Assembly (NCBI GenBank): GCA_028718605.1 | Contig: JAQULM010000001.1 | Coordinates: forward strand, 413,719 to 477,718 | DNA from: Patescibacteria group bacterium | Lineage (GTDB): Bacteria > Patescibacteriota > Patescibacteriia > UBA10025 > JAHIVO01 | DNA: 64,000 nucleotides | Reading direction: 5' to 3' | Translations under genes and position numbers: made by a program | Notes under the pieces: model-generated | What the model was told of the DNA's origin: nothing | The model's input: only the letters and a program-made list of their open reading frames with translations | Database searches by the model: none | In this document: positions 28,181-39,200 of the stretch, piece after piece | How the letters are laid out: each line of letters begins with the position of its first letter | How positions within the stretch are numbered: position 1 is the first letter of the stretch

Positions 28181-29746
28181 TTAGAGTTTTCTAATAATCC
28201 CCTCGTCCGCATTCACCTCAACCTTATCACCATCCTTCAAAACCTTCGCCGCTCCCGCGACACCGACAATGCATGGCGTGCGCAACTCGCGCGCAACGAT
28301 CGCGGTATGGCACGTGAGGCCGCCTGATTCAGAAACTAACGCTGCTGCCTTCTTCATCGCGGGCACGAGATTCGGGTTCGTATTATGCGCAACCATGATA
28401 TCCCCCTTTCGCATTTTCGCCATTTCATCTGGTATATTTATGACGCGCACGGTACCGACGGCAGTACCCGGGCATGCCGTCGTGCCGGTCAGGATATCAG
28501 AGTTTTTAAACGATACCCGCTCCATCGTGATCCCTCGGAGGAACGCGCGCGCCTCCGCCCCGGTATAGACGATGTACTGCGTGCGGTCAGCGTACGCGAC
28601 TGCGAATTTCCTCCGCGCATCGAGGGTTTTTACATCAACAACGCCGCTCTTCAGCGCCTTCTCGATTTCCCATCCGTTCATTGCCCACACCTGCGGCAGT
28701 GAAAGGCCAAGGCGCCCGCCAATCTCCTTGAACAGCGACTCATAGCAATACATGCCGTGGTACAGCGCATCTTTGCGGAAATCTTTGATAAAAACCATTG
28801 CCTGGGCAAGTGCAATGAGCTGTTCGAGGCGCGGGGTTAGCGCCAGCTCCCGGATGATCTGCCGCTGGCGTGCCATAAGCTGCGTCCGATCCCTAAAAAT
28901 TTTCCTCAGCACCTGGCGGGGATCATCACCGTTGTGGAAAAGCTCCTGCCAACGCCGAATGTACTCTTCGATCTTCGTTGCAGGGCCATGGTACTGGAAC
29001 GCAAGCCAGCAGTACTTCCGATGGTGCCGTTGTATCCGCAAGTATAAAACAGGATTGAATTGTTTAAGATGGGCAATAATTTTTACAGGATCAGCTGCTT
29101 TTTGGAATAGTTTCCTGACTTCTGCGTGGCGCCTCAGTACAATCGCTATGCGGAGGAAGTCACGCTCCTCTTTCGCGACTAAACTCTCCCGCCGCGGCGT
29201 GGTCAACACGCTGAAAATTTCCGGCAAGGACAGGGTGCTCCCCGTCTGCTCCAGATGCGCAGAAAGTTCCTGCCAAATGGCTTTCGTGACGCGCTCCTTC
29301 TCGGCGTCAGCATGCCAGCTTACGGACGCACCAATGCCATGTGCCAGCCGATGATAATGCATCGCTGCCTTATACAGGGCGATAAGCTGGCGATTTGTCA
29401 TGTGGCGGTGGGGGCTCCGCTTCAGTACTTTCGAAACCTGCATAAATTTCCGCGACCAGTTTTCCACCTGATTGATAACACGCAGCGCCCACCGCGGCCG
29501 TGTTATCATTTTATTCGCCAAAAATTCAGCTTGCGCGTCAAATTCGTGCCGAAGGTAATGCATCCTCCCGAAATCCCCGTCGAACCGCGTGAAGTACCGC
29601 GTCACCTGGCCGCCCAAGCCTCGCTTCGGCCACTGCTGGATAAAAAAACAAATCGGCTCGGACAGCATGAAAATCGTCGTCTCGGGAATTTCAGCGGGCA
29701 TCATCCATGCATTGTTGTGCTTTGCTCGAGGCATACTTTCTTGCAT
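28181..29746 (-). CDS. PEP-utilizer phospho-His swivel-domain protein 6
   Basis: GTTACPGTAVG...GDIMVAHNTNP...ESGGLTCHTAIVARELRTPCIVG. Confidence 0.9.
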   Translation of the reverse strand: MQESMPRAKHNNAWMMPAEIPETTIFMLSEPICFFIQQWPKRGLGGQVTRYFTRFDGDFGRMHYLRHEFDAQAEFLANKMITRPRWALRVINQVENWSRKFMQVSKVLKRSPHRHMTNRQLIALYKAAMHYHRLAHGIGASVSWHADAEKERVTKAIWQELSAHLEQTGSTLSLPEIFSVLTTPRRESLVAKEERDFLRIAIVLRRHAEVRKLFQKAADPVKIIAHLKQFNPVLYLRIQRHHRKYCWLAFQYHGPATKIEEYIRRWQELFHNGDDPRQVLRKIFRDRTQLMARQRQIIRELALTPRLEQLIALAQAMVFIKDFRKDALYHGMYCYESLFKEIGGRLGLSLPQVWAMNGWEIEKALKSGVVDVKTLDARRKFAVAYADRTQYIVYTGAEARAFLRGITMERVSFKNSDILTGTTACPGTAVGTVRVINIPDEMAKMRKGDIMVAHNTNPNLVPAMKKAAALVSESGGLTCHTAIVARELRTPCIVGVAGAAKVLKDGDKVEVNADEGIIRKL

Positions 29747-29768
29747 TCATCTGCTCAATAACGGCTCA

Positions 29769-29797
29769 ATTGTATCTTGATTTACTCATTAAATCAA
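29769..29797 (-). promoter_or_regulatory. Promoter with overlapping palindromic operator candidate
   Basis: TTGATT-17 nt-TACAAT; perfect inverted repeat TTGATTTA-N5-TAAATCAA at 29777-29797. Confidence 0.7.
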
Positions 29798-29801
29798 TAC
29801 T

Positions 29802-29836
29802 AAAAAACCGAATGCCTCCCAGTGGGAATTCGCTTT
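29802..29836 (-). terminator. Possible intrinsic terminator of the large surface-protein operon
   Basis: Minus strand CGAATTCCC-act-GGGAggcATTCG followed by G and a T6 run, just past the 29847 stop. Confidence 0.45.
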
Positions 29837-29846
29837 ATTCCTTATT

Positions 29847-31835
29847 CTAGAGTGTCTGGGCTTCTCCGATTCTGAGAAGCTTGTCAACGAAGGCGTCAAT
29901 TTTTCGCGAAGATTCCTGCGCAATCCGGTCTTCTGCCGCCCTCATTTCTGCTGTCCGGCCTGCAGGGTCAAGGTCCTCGCGCGACTGCAGCTCTTTTTCG
30001 GCGTCCTTCAAGCCAGAGTGTATATAGTGTTGTTCCAGCGACCTCCCATCCGATGCAACAAGGTCGCCGAGCAGGATCCTGATCTCATCCCCGCATTCCT
30101 GGTGTGCGATTGATTGGAGGGTTTGCTCAACCTCACGGGCGTTTGATTCGTACCGCTTCGCTGGGTCGCCGGGAACATCGGCTTTCCAGAAGCCTTTCAC
30201 GTTGGTCTGCGCTTCTGCTATCTGGCGCTCAATCTGCCGCTTTGATTCAAGCCGATTCTCACGTTCAGTGTCGGACAGCGAATGTGAAGTAAGGACTTCA
30301 CGGTCAATATCATCGCGCAAGATCGCCAGGGATTCCATGCGTGCTTCTGCGCGCGGCGAGATGCGGTCCGGGTCCCACTCAACCGGCTTGCCCATAGCGC
30401 GTGCCATCGATCCGACACTCTCCTGGGACGCCATGCCCTTGCGCGCCGCGTATTTTGTGCTGCAGAGCATTTCCCGGATCTTGATAAGCTTCATGATCAT
30501 CATGCCATTCTGGGTATCGACGCCGTACTCCTCTGAGACAGCCGCGACCGAGCTGTATGGAACTGCCTGTTCAAGATATGCGCCGTACGCACGCTCTCGC
30601 GCAGGAGGGGTTTTGTCGACATACCCCCGGTCCCATGGAAATCCGGATTTCTGGGCATCAACCTTGCCGTGGTACTTCAGATTATAAACTGCTTCAACAA
30701 CTGTGGGATTATAACCGACAAGCCGCTTGAAATCATTGACCATATTCTCCCGCGCGCTGATGGCACCATCATCGCTGGAGGTCTGTGAAAAACCGAGTTT
30801 CACGGCGTGCTGATTGTCAACGAAATTCCCCGACGGATCAAAATACCGCCCGAGGATTTTCTCTGGCACCTCAGTTTTAAGCCGCCGGAATTCACCGATA
30901 TTCTGGCCGTGGAGCAGGCGCATGAACATCTCAAACTCAAACGTGCCTTCTTTGGGCGCCTCTTTCGATGTTACCATTTGGCCGTCCTCGTCGTCTTCCC
31001 ATTCCTGAGACTGGAAAACGTTTCCGGACACCGTGCCGAGGAACTCCCTGTTTCCCATTTTCATCGCTTCCCCGACAACCTCATCGCGGCGTTCCCGCTC
31101 GGACATCATGTAGTAATTCCCCGTCTGAAAATCTTTCACACTGACGACCTGCTCCCAGTGCCCGGTTTTTTTGGCAAGCTCCGACATGACCGCGAGCGCG
31201 CGCATCCGGCGCTGGTCTTCTGGCCCCGCTTCATTGCCAGCCGCTCTCGTATCACCGCCATCAATATACTTCCGGTCCAGGCCGAGATACGCAGAGGAAA
31301 ACTGGCGGATTGTTTCTGCATTACACTCCGTGAGCATCCGCCGTACATCTTCCTGGGAATACCCGAGCCGCGAGAACATCTGTTCAATATCATGCTGGAT
31401 TTCCTGATCTTGCCGGTACAGTTTCCCGAACCCCTCAACGACACGGTCCATGCGGCCAGACGTTGCGGCAAGTTCGATGAACGCCTGCTTCATGTCATTG
31501 CCCTCCCTCCCGCGCGTATAGAGCGCACGCCTGCCGAGGTCAACAAGCACCTGTGGATTATCACCGAGCGTGCCCATCTCTGCCCGAAATTCAGACACGA
31601 TCTGTTGAATCACTCTCCGATCCGCCATTTCCGCCCGATCGATGGCGCCGCCGCGCCGGCCAAAAAGCCTATTTGCAAAACTTTCGCCTGCCCCAAAACT
31701 ACGCGTGCGTGCCCGGTCGTCGAGCCGCTCGCCACGTTGGTTAAAACCTTTCACGCGGTCTGGAATCTCGTCTCGCCTGATCCGGGACATCCTATCGCTG
31801 CCTGTTCCCGGGCTTAATATTTCGAAAATACCCAT
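29847..31835 (-). CDS. Soluble helical protein paralogous to the central region of the VirB6-like protein
   Basis: Colinear similarity, e.g. AKKTGHWEQVVSVKDFQTGNYYMM vs AKNVGHWEQYSATKDMATGQYYMM; no TM segment; start reassigned to MGIF (31835). Confidence 0.8.
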   Translation of the reverse strand: MGIFEILSPGTGSDRMSRIRRDEIPDRVKGFNQRGERLDDRARTRSFGAGESFANRLFGRRGGAIDRAEMADRRVIQQIVSEFRAEMGTLGDNPQVLVDLGRRALYTRGREGNDMKQAFIELAATSGRMDRVVEGFGKLYRQDQEIQHDIEQMFSRLGYSQEDVRRMLTECNAETIRQFSSAYLGLDRKYIDGGDTRAAGNEAGPEDQRRMRALAVMSELAKKTGHWEQVVSVKDFQTGNYYMMSERERRDEVVGEAMKMGNREFLGTVSGNVFQSQEWEDDEDGQMVTSKEAPKEGTFEFEMFMRLLHGQNIGEFRRLKTEVPEKILGRYFDPSGNFVDNQHAVKLGFSQTSSDDGAISARENMVNDFKRLVGYNPTVVEAVYNLKYHGKVDAQKSGFPWDRGYVDKTPPARERAYGAYLEQAVPYSSVAAVSEEYGVDTQNGMMIMKLIKIREMLCSTKYAARKGMASQESVGSMARAMGKPVEWDPDRISPRAEARMESLAILRDDIDREVLTSHSLSDTERENRLESKRQIERQIAEAQTNVKGFWKADVPGDPAKRYESNAREVEQTLQSIAHQECGDEIRILLGDLVASDGRSLEQHYIHSGLKDAEKELQSREDLDPAGRTAEMRAAEDRIAQESSRKIDAFVDKLLRIGEAQTL

Positions 31836-31863
31836 ACGAACGGTTGTCAGTTTCTCGTATGCA

Positions 31864-33225
31864 CTACTCCACCTCACTCACGAGCGTTCCCGCTTGAATG
31901 CTGTTCTTGGCCCACTCAAACCCTCCGGTTTCAGGATTTCCATATGCGAGGCTCTGGTACTCACCGCCCATAATCTGGCTTACTTCAACGCCAACCAGGG
32001 CAGAATCGTTTTCTGTCATGCCGAGCCGTTCTTTCAGTAAGTACTGGAGAAGCTCGGAAACAACCGCTGGCGTCGGCGTTGTTGAACGAATATTCGCCGT
32101 CGCGCTTTGCATGTCTGCCGGGGTACAGCTCTTCTGGTACTTCTGTTCAACGTGCTGTGAGATCGCCTCAAGCCATGCAGGGCTTGCCGCAAGAGCTGCG
32201 ACGAGCTGCTGCCCTTGAGCGAGAATTTTCAGGCATGCGATTACTCCTTTTTTGTCATTCGAACGCGCTGCCTGGGATAACGCACGTTTTACCCCTTCGA
32301 CATCTCCCTGCGTCCGGACAAGGAGCTCGTCTTCCAGCCGGAGCACTTCCTGCCGTTGTATGCGATATGATTGGTATTTCTGCTTCAAAATTTCTATGGG
32401 ATCAAGGTTCGGTTGCCGCAATGCTGGGGGCCGCTGTACAGGACGCGAAACGGTGTCCGGCGTACGGAGGGGTTCCAATGGTATGCCGCGCTTCTCTATT
32501 GGTGCAGTTCCAGAGCTTGAAGTGGCTAGCGGCGATACAACCATATCACGAGCCATTTCTACGAGCGGGGGGAACCGGACAAAATCATAAATCTGCAAAA
32601 TTTTCAAAATTTGCTCGCGATCCTGCGGTGCCATCTGGATTAGCGTTGGGGTGTTATCGATATACCGCACTTCCTCGAGGCTTCCCCGTTCGACTTCTTC
32701 CTTCGCGAACCGATTGTAATCAAGGATGATGCTGCGCACGGTAGCAGGCATCGGTTTATCGGACAGGTGCTGGCGGATCATCACCGTGCCGACACATTCA
32801 TTGTTCTCAGAAAAAGCCCGCAGCAGATAATCCCGTTTTTCGCCCCGTAAAAAAGGGTCCCAGGTATTCCGGAATAGCTCCTTCACGCCAGCGCGGATAT
32901 CGGTACCCAGGTCCAAGCCAACAATAAGCTTTTCCTTCAGCAGGCGGTACAATTCTTCATCGAGCAGAAAGGGGAAGTCGATAAACTGGAGCCAGGTTGC
33001 CATCCCAGTGTAGAAACTAAAAGCGGGCTGGTGCTCATGTTCAAATATTTTGTCTGCCAGTATATAAGTTCGCAGGAACCCGAGGAGGCGAGCTGCGTCA
33101 GCATAGTTGCGCGTCCGTTCAATCTCCAGCACCCGCGTACCAATACCCCCATACACGCTTGGCCTAGCGAGTTCCTCTTGGGGGAGCTTCAGAATGTCCC
33201 CAATTTCACACGTTTTAAAATCCAT
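31864..33225 (-). CDS. Hypothetical protein in the T4SS-like operon
   Basis: 453-aa ORF co-oriented and closely spaced with its neighbours; no motif recognised. Confidence 0.75.
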   Translation of the reverse strand: MDFKTCEIGDILKLPQEELARPSVYGGIGTRVLEIERTRNYADAARLLGFLRTYILADKIFEHEHQPAFSFYTGMATWLQFIDFPFLLDEELYRLLKEKLIVGLDLGTDIRAGVKELFRNTWDPFLRGEKRDYLLRAFSENNECVGTVMIRQHLSDKPMPATVRSIILDYNRFAKEEVERGSLEEVRYIDNTPTLIQMAPQDREQILKILQIYDFVRFPPLVEMARDMVVSPLATSSSGTAPIEKRGIPLEPLRTPDTVSRPVQRPPALRQPNLDPIEILKQKYQSYRIQRQEVLRLEDELLVRTQGDVEGVKRALSQAARSNDKKGVIACLKILAQGQQLVAALAASPAWLEAISQHVEQKYQKSCTPADMQSATANIRSTTPTPAVVSELLQYLLKERLGMTENDSALVGVEVSQIMGGEYQSLAYGNPETGGFEWAKNSIQAGTLVSEVE

Positions 33226-33254
33226 GTTGATTATTATCTAACTTTATACAACGC

Positions 33255-36200
33255 TTACTCTGCCGCTGGCTGTTCTCCAGAGCTTTCCTCCGATTCAGCG
33301 GACGCTTTCCGAGGCGTTGGTTGTGTTTTCTGTGCTGTTGATGCTCTCCGCGCGTCATCAACGACTTCAGAGGCACGGCGCGTCTTCGCATCACGCATCG
33401 CTCTCGTCAGCTCCTCGAGACGATAGAGCATGAGCCGCGGATCATACGTGCCCAGGACACCGCCCTGCGGACCGCCTGGAAGCATACCCTGGCGCATCGA
33501 TTCAACGATCTTGGTCAGGTCTTCAGAAGCTTTTTTTTGGTCAGGGTTCATAGATTCACCAAGTGCTTTCATGCGCTCTTGCATTGTCGTTACCAAATCG
33601 CCAAGGCCTTTTTGGATAGCCTCCATGACCGCCGGCAAATCCTTGGCTGCGCCTGCCGTCTGCTCAATTGCTACGCGCAACTCATCGCCAATCGCACCGA
33701 GGCTCTCCACGTTCTGCTGGACTTGCTCGCTGCCGAGCACCGGACCTGCAACGGGGGTACCGCTCTTGAGGTCTTCAAGCACCGTCCGCTCATCAGCAAT
33801 AGACTGTGCAAGCGCTTCAATCCCTTTCACGGAATCACTGTGGCCGCCTTGCTCGAGTGTAGCGCGGACTGTTGCATTCTTGAGTATGCCATCAGCATCA
33901 ACATCCCCAGAGAGCCCCGCTTTTTCCTTGAGGTTTGCCACGGCCTCAGCAAGCTGGCTTTCGGCTGCTGCGATGACCTGCTGCTGTGCTCCGATAATTT
34001 CTTCCGCGGTCGGCGGTTTTGTTCGTGGCGCAGCTGTTTCTAGTGTCTCATCTTTCGCTTTTCCGGCTTGAGGCCGAGGAGTTGTTGGTGCCGGAGTGGG
34101 CGTTGGGGTTGGTGCCGCTGGCGCTGGCTTCGCGCCCGCACGCTTATTCACGGCATTTTTCAGCTCTGCCTGAGCTCGTGCTTCAGCCTGGTACCGCTTG
34201 GCGTCGCTCCCAAACGCATCCCCCGTAGATTGAATCTCGCCGATAGTTTGTTGAGTCTCAATAATTTCCGCTTCTTTCGCTTCAATCTTCTCGTCATGCT
34301 CCTCAAGCGCTCCCTGGAGTTTGGCGGCGCGCAACGAATTTGCTTGAGTAGGCGGAATGTCATCAACCGCATGCTGGAGTGGTATGCGCTGCTCTTGGAG
34401 AGTGGCCAATTCTGCCTGCTGGCCTGCGAGTTTCTGTTCGTGCGGTGCAATCGCGGGCTCATTGTGCTGCTGAATCCCGCCTGCAAATGTCGCTGATGTT
34501 ATTGCACCGAGATTGCTCGCTTCAAGCCCTTCCGTCGCCATCGTCTTGAATTCCTCGAGCTCATCCGGTGAAAGTTTGCCGGCAATCTTCTCAAACGTCT
34601 GGCGGAGCTGCCCCATGGTCGCAATGTCGTCCTCGACAGCGGCCGCGTATGCAAGGTCAGCCTGCGAACGGGCTTGCTGCGCCTTCTCTACTTCGGCGTT
34701 CTGCCTATCGATGTCCCCCTGGAGACGCTTCAAACCCTGCTGGCCTTTGAATGCATCGAGCTGGTGCTTGCTGGCTTCATCGAGCGCCTGCTGCCGCGCA
34801 GCGCCGGTCAGGCCGCCCGCGCGGCGGGTCGCATCGCGTGCCTTTTCGTTGTTCTCGGCGATCTGCACTTTCGCCTGTTTCTCCTGGTGCCGCATGCCAT
34901 CACGCTTCCGTACCTCTTCCTCGTAGTGCGCTTTTGCCGCGTGTTTTTGATCGCGTTTGCCAGCAACATCATTCTCAGCAAACTGTTCAGAATAATTATC
35001 GATAAGATCATTTACCTTTTTCACGCGCTTGCCATATTTGCGCTTTTGCCACCATTCGCGCGTACCGTGCACGGCGCTCGAAACGCCCTGAGCGACCGCC
35101 TTTGGTGCACGGCCGACAAGCTTCGCGGGGCGCACAATGCCATATTCAACAACATCATCGAGATGGCTCGCCTCCCACAGCTCCGGAACTTTCTGTTTTA
35201 CCTTATTCTTCACGTTCACGGCGGTACTCTTCACCTTGCGTGCGGCATCGCCTGCAACCTCCACGCCCCTGCCGGCGACGTACTTGCCGCGCGCCACCAT
35301 GCCGACCATGGCAAGCTCGCGGTCACTGACTGCCTCATCCGCGAAGTCTTTATCGATAAACTCGTCGGCAGATTCCGGCTCCGGCGCCGCACCTTTAACT
35401 CCTTTTTCAAAGAAATCAAGCTTTTTATCCTGTAAAAACTGCTTCGAATCGCTTCCAAGCTGGTACTTACCCTCGCCGACGCCCAAAGATTCAGCCGCGA
35501 ACTCCATCATGCCGATGCGGTCCACGAGCTGCTGCTGTTCCTCGGAAAGCGTCTTGTAGAATTCCTCCCCGACCTCGTTCATCGTGCCTGTTTCGAGGTT
35601 AACAAAATTCTTTGCCAGGTCATGCCCGCGCAATTCATGCCCGCGGATTGACTGTATCCTGCTCTCCCATGCGTTATTATCAGCGAGCACGATCTTATCG
35701 TTTGCTCCTAGCGTCTTCTTCAGATTGCCAACCTGGTCGGCAATCTCGTCGTCGCCAACGCCTTCACTGCGCAACTGCTGCTCGAGGGCGGTTGCGAGTT
35801 TTTCTGCCATCTGCCCTTTCTCCTCCTTATGCGCTTCCGTGTCGCTGTCAAATCGCGCAGCAATCTGCCCCTCGACGATGCCGAATTGCTCCCGAACTGC
35901 CGGGTCAGAAAAGTCGAGGCCGAGCATCGTCGCATTGCTTGCGTTTTTACCCTGGCGTTTCGCGCTCTTGCCGGATGCGACCGCGGACTTCAGGCCGCGC
36001 ATCTTCTTCACGTCTGCTTGCGCGCCAGCCTCAGCGCGGCGCTCAAGCTCGTCGGAATCAACCATCTCGCCTGCGGTAATCTCGTCCTCATACATCGTAT
36101 CATAATCAGCGGCAGAGAGGCCCGATTCCTTATACTTATTGTATTCCGCATGTGACCGCGAGAGTGTTTCCGCAGATACTTCTTCCCGCATGCGCGGCAG

Positions 36201-39200
36201 CGGACCGACGTTTTCGTCACGCACAAAATCATCAAACGGCACTATCCGGCTCCTCGTTACCGTATCCCGCCTTCCCTTTACAACAAGGTCATCAACAATC
36301 GCCTCCAACTTCTCCGGAGGTAATTTCGTACCATCAGCTGCTACCAAACCACCCTCCATTTTTTTCTTTAGGGAACCCTTTAGCTCATCCTCGCTAAATC
36401 CCATTAATTGGCTTTCGAGCTGATGCGCGTCGTCCTTGCTCGCCCCATTCTTTCCAGTCCATTCGCCTTTCCGTTCATTCATCTGCCCGGTAAGCGACCG
36501 CCGGTATTGCTCAAGTTTTGCTCGCTGCTCATTGGAAAGCCTTGTACTGCGTAAGGCCTCATCGACTCTACCCATATTGCTGGTCAATTCCTGCTTCTCA
36601 TCATCAGATACCCCGTCTTTCCATTCCTTCGGGTCCCAATCAACCTTTTTGCCGGTCTTATCCGCCAGTTCCTGGACCATCTCATGCGGAATCATCGCAT
36701 CACCTGGGATGTGCATCCGTGCCGCGTACTGGGCTTCGTGAAGGTCCTCCAGCACTCCGAGCATTGCCTTCTGGTTCCTGGGCTTTGTTATATCAGCGCC
36801 ATTGAGTTCCGCGGCTGCAGTAACATCATCATAATTAACCCGGTCAAGGAGCTCGCCCTGGAGGTAGTCGTCCGCTTCTGCGCGTGCTTTGCGGATAAAC
36901 CCTGGATCTCCGGGGTATTTATCGCCTTTTGGTGGAGCATCAACCCTGCCATTATATTTAATATTATAAAACGCACGCGAAATAGGCTGGTTGTAATCCT
37001 GCATCTTCATCCATTCTTCCTGGAGCGCTTGTGCCGCCGTCTTTTGCTCGCCTTTGTTGTTTGTATACGGCCGGAAGCCGCGTGCGAATGCCTCCTCCTC
37101 ATCCGTTACCAAATTGCCGGGCGTGTCAAAAAACTGCCCAACATGCTGGTCCGCATGCCGTGATTGCATCTGGCGCATTTCCGGTTTGTGCTGGCCGCTC
37201 ATGAGCTTCGTGTACATCTCATGCTCAAACGAACCCTCTTTCGGGGCGTACACGTCTGCCTTGTAGCTGTGGCGGTACAGCCGGGTATCCTCGACCTCTT
37301 TACCGTCTGCGTCTTTCATCATGAGCCCTTTGATCTGTTCGCCGTTCTCCGCGTCCTCGATAAAATTACCTTCCTCGTCCCGGTCTGCAGACCAGACGCG
37401 CTGCCGGAGCACGTGAGGCGAGAGGGTACGCAGAAAATCGCGCAAGCCCATTTTCTTCGCCTCACCGATAATTTCACCGCGCTGCTCCTCGTCGTCCATC
37501 ATATAGTACTGCCCCGTAGCCATATCCTTAGTTGCGGAATACTGTTCCCAGTGCCCGACATTCTTGGCGGATTCGGCAATGCCTGCCATAGCACGCAGCC
37601 GCCGCTGGTCAGCGTCATTCGCTGCCTTGCCCACTTCCCGTGATGACCTGATCACTTCACCGGTCTCTTCATCCCGTTCACCTTTGACGAATTTTTTATT
37701 GAGCCCGACAAATCCGGCATTGAAGTTCTTTATACTATCTGCGTTATATTCCTTGAACATGCCCTCAACTTCCTCCGGCTTCCACCCAAGCTTCCCATAA
37801 TGATCATTTAATTGGGCCCGCACACCTTCATCTTTGCGGTACAATTCCCCGAAACCGAAAAAGACGTCATCATCATTGCCCTTACTCGTAGCAAGCTCCA
37901 GGAACGCTTGGCGCGCTTCATCGCCTTCGAATCCGCCCATATTGAACGTTTTGAACGCGAGATCCATCATCGCCTGCCGTGATTCGCCGGCAGAGCCCAT
38001 TTCCTGTTTGAATTCGCTCTTCAGTTTCTCGATAATCGCACGTTCAGCGAGCTCTTTTCGGTTCAGGGCTCCTTTCTTGCCCTTGAAGAGCACTTCGCCG
38101 AAATATTCGCCTTTGCCGAGTGCGCGTTGCTTGGCCCGCTCCTCGAGCCGCTTGCCGCGTTGCGCAAAGCCTTTCCAAAATTCCGGCGTTGCCATATTCA
38201 GCCAGGTCTTGTCGCTCTCCCGCACCTTCCTGCCCACATACCCCGTTACCCGGCCAACGCCATACCCAGCCGCTTTCCGAAGGCCTAGGAGCGGTGCGCC
38301 TGCAGCTTTCAGCGGTATCGAGCCCCAACCCTTGATCTTGTTCGCGAAATTCCCGGCAAGCTGGCCTGCCATGCCGCCGAGCGCACCCGCGGTCGAAAGC
38401 GCCATCAGGAACATCGCGATCGCGAGCATGAATCCGAGGAGCTGGTCAGAACGGGACACCGGCGCGATCGCTGCCTGGACAGCCGTAAGCTGGCCAGAGG
38501 CTAATACTTGTCCTGTCGCGTCTGTTGTCACGCCAAGCGCACTCGAATCCCCAGAGTTTGGCAGTACAGCGAGCGCGAGCCATATAAAAAAAGCCAGCAC
38601 GGGACCGGTTGTTGCCCATTTGCCGAACGTAGACCACCACTGAGAACTGTACCGTGCACCGATCGGAAGCGTCGCGAGAAGGTATGCAAGCGGCGACAAA
38701 ACCACAAGTATCCAAAGCATGATGATACGCATAAGGACGACGACGATCAATGCGACCATGGTCATGATTCCGGCGATGATGACGATATTGGCAAAAAGCG
38801 GTACGGCAACCATTTCGGCAAACCCAAGTGCAGTAGTTTGCTTCGCATCAGAGGTAACCGACAACAAATTATCAAGCTTCAGAACCGTCGTAAAATCCTT
38901 GTATGACGTATCGGCAAACGCATTCACGAACGTCAGCATGACTACCTGGGAGATGTCGATAAAAAATCCGGCGATCATCTTCGAAAAATTGACAAGAATC
39001 GCCATGATTACGAGTTTGGCAAGAAGGCGGTTGAATTTATAGTTTTCCAGGCGCAGTACAGTACCGAATGCGATGACCAGCAGCACAAGCACGAAAAACA
39101 TATTGCATGCGTCGCGCACGACGCTCCATCCTTTGTCGATGACCGGCGATGAGGTGAAATTGTTGTACTGAATAATGCTGATCAGGATGTCGATAAGAAC

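Noticed and set aside
16332-29746. Calling the paralogs rifampicin resistance genes (rph) or PTS enzyme I
   Set aside because: Only the swivel motif is clearly shared. They lack the fused ATP-grasp of RPH and the HPr-binding and PEP-barrel domains of enzyme I, and the substrate cannot be read from sequence.
29777-29797. FNR/CRP box
   Set aside because: The TTGAT...ATCAA half-sites are separated by 11 nt rather than 4; kept only as an unassigned operator candidate.
34080-34140. Short tandem-like DNA repeat
   Set aside because: It simply encodes a Pro/Thr/Ala linker (PAPAAPTPTPTPAPTTP) and is not a CRISPR or VNTR.
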